Part shown: one piece after another, positions 19,430 through 20,000 of the stretch
Layout of the letters: the number at the start of each line of letters is the position of its first letter
Position numbering within the stretch: position 1 is the first letter of the stretch
NCBI RefSeq assembly: GCF_004010195.1
Contig: NC_057720.1
Span: 27,217,902-27,237,901, forward strand
Direction: 5' to 3'
Source of the DNA: Chiloscyllium plagiosum
Lineage: Eukaryota
DNA: 20,000 nucleotides
Program-made: the position numbers and the translations under genes
Notes under the pieces: generated by a model
The model's database searches: none
What the model was told of the DNA's origin: nothing
What the model saw: the letters and a program-made list of their open reading frames with translations, nothing else

Positions 19430-20000
19430 TTTCGGACCACCTTTAAACCAGCAGAGTTCTGACCCGAACAGGACAAACAGTACAGACTACAGATTCAAAA
19501 ACACCAGCAACAGTTCTCCTTCAAGATCCTCCGCTCCACGCTTGCAGCAATGCGCCGGCACTTAACCTCTCCACAGTCTGCCCTGCCTCAGCTGAGGGCC
19601 ACACTCTCTCAGAATTGCAAAGGACCCACTCTGTACTACATCCTCAGGAGAATTCATACTCTCAACAAACTGTATTTCAATTCCATCTCAAACATCAAAA
19701 ATTGTAAGTACAACAAACTTTTATGCACCCACCTCAATAACCAGCACTCCTCAAACATTCCAGAAGATTCCCCTGGCCTCGGAAACGCCATTAGCCATGC
19801 GGCAGATGCAGCTACCAGCCCCACGCTGATTGATGATGTCACTTCTGCCCCCATCATGGCCACTCCCACAGCCACTTCCAGCCCTCACATAATCGCCGAT
19901 ACCACACGCTCAGTGACTTCCGCCACCCCTACTGCCGTGTCTGCCACCACTTCCGACCCCACCAGCGCCACTCACCTGCATTCTGCTGACACGCCCCCCA
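19430..20000 (+). mobile_element. N-terminal part of a PLE ORF, 5'-truncated and continuing beyond the window
   Basis: FRTTFKPAEF* (TGA 19460-19462), then 179 open codons to the edge: PEQDKQYRLQIQKHQQQFSFKILRSTLAAMRRHLTSPQSALPQLRATLSQNCKGPTLYYILRRIHTLNKLYF...KNCKYNKL followed by a T/S/A/P-rich tract. Resembles PLE N-terminal regions as recalled; C-rich with CpGs retained. Confidence 0.65.

Overview
Eukaryotic, AT-rich, repeat-dense DNA, intronic or intergenic. The repeat families (HE1/V-SINE-type SINEs, CR1-clade LINEs, several Penelope-like elements) point to a cartilaginous fish, probably a shark. That is recognition from memory, not a search. No intact cellular gene can be called; most listed ORFs are repeat-derived or spurious. 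The most striking feature is the load of Penelope-like element (PLE) pieces carrying minimal type I hammerhead ribozyme (HHR) motifs (CUGANGA-stem II-GAAA). A decayed GIY-YIG PLE (4016-6028) hosts two nested insertions. The first is a 572-bp array of 2.3 copies of a 249-bp HHR-bearing unit, flanked by an exact 7-bp target-site duplication and stop-free in one frame, resembling a retrozyme or rolling-circle product. The second is a ~500-bp palindrome with one HHR per arm. Two HHR copies (5463-5497 minus, 16525-16559 plus) look fully intact. Also present: a decayed Tigger/pogo transposon, the N-terminal ORF of a young PLE running off the right edge, and a few weak candidate exons.
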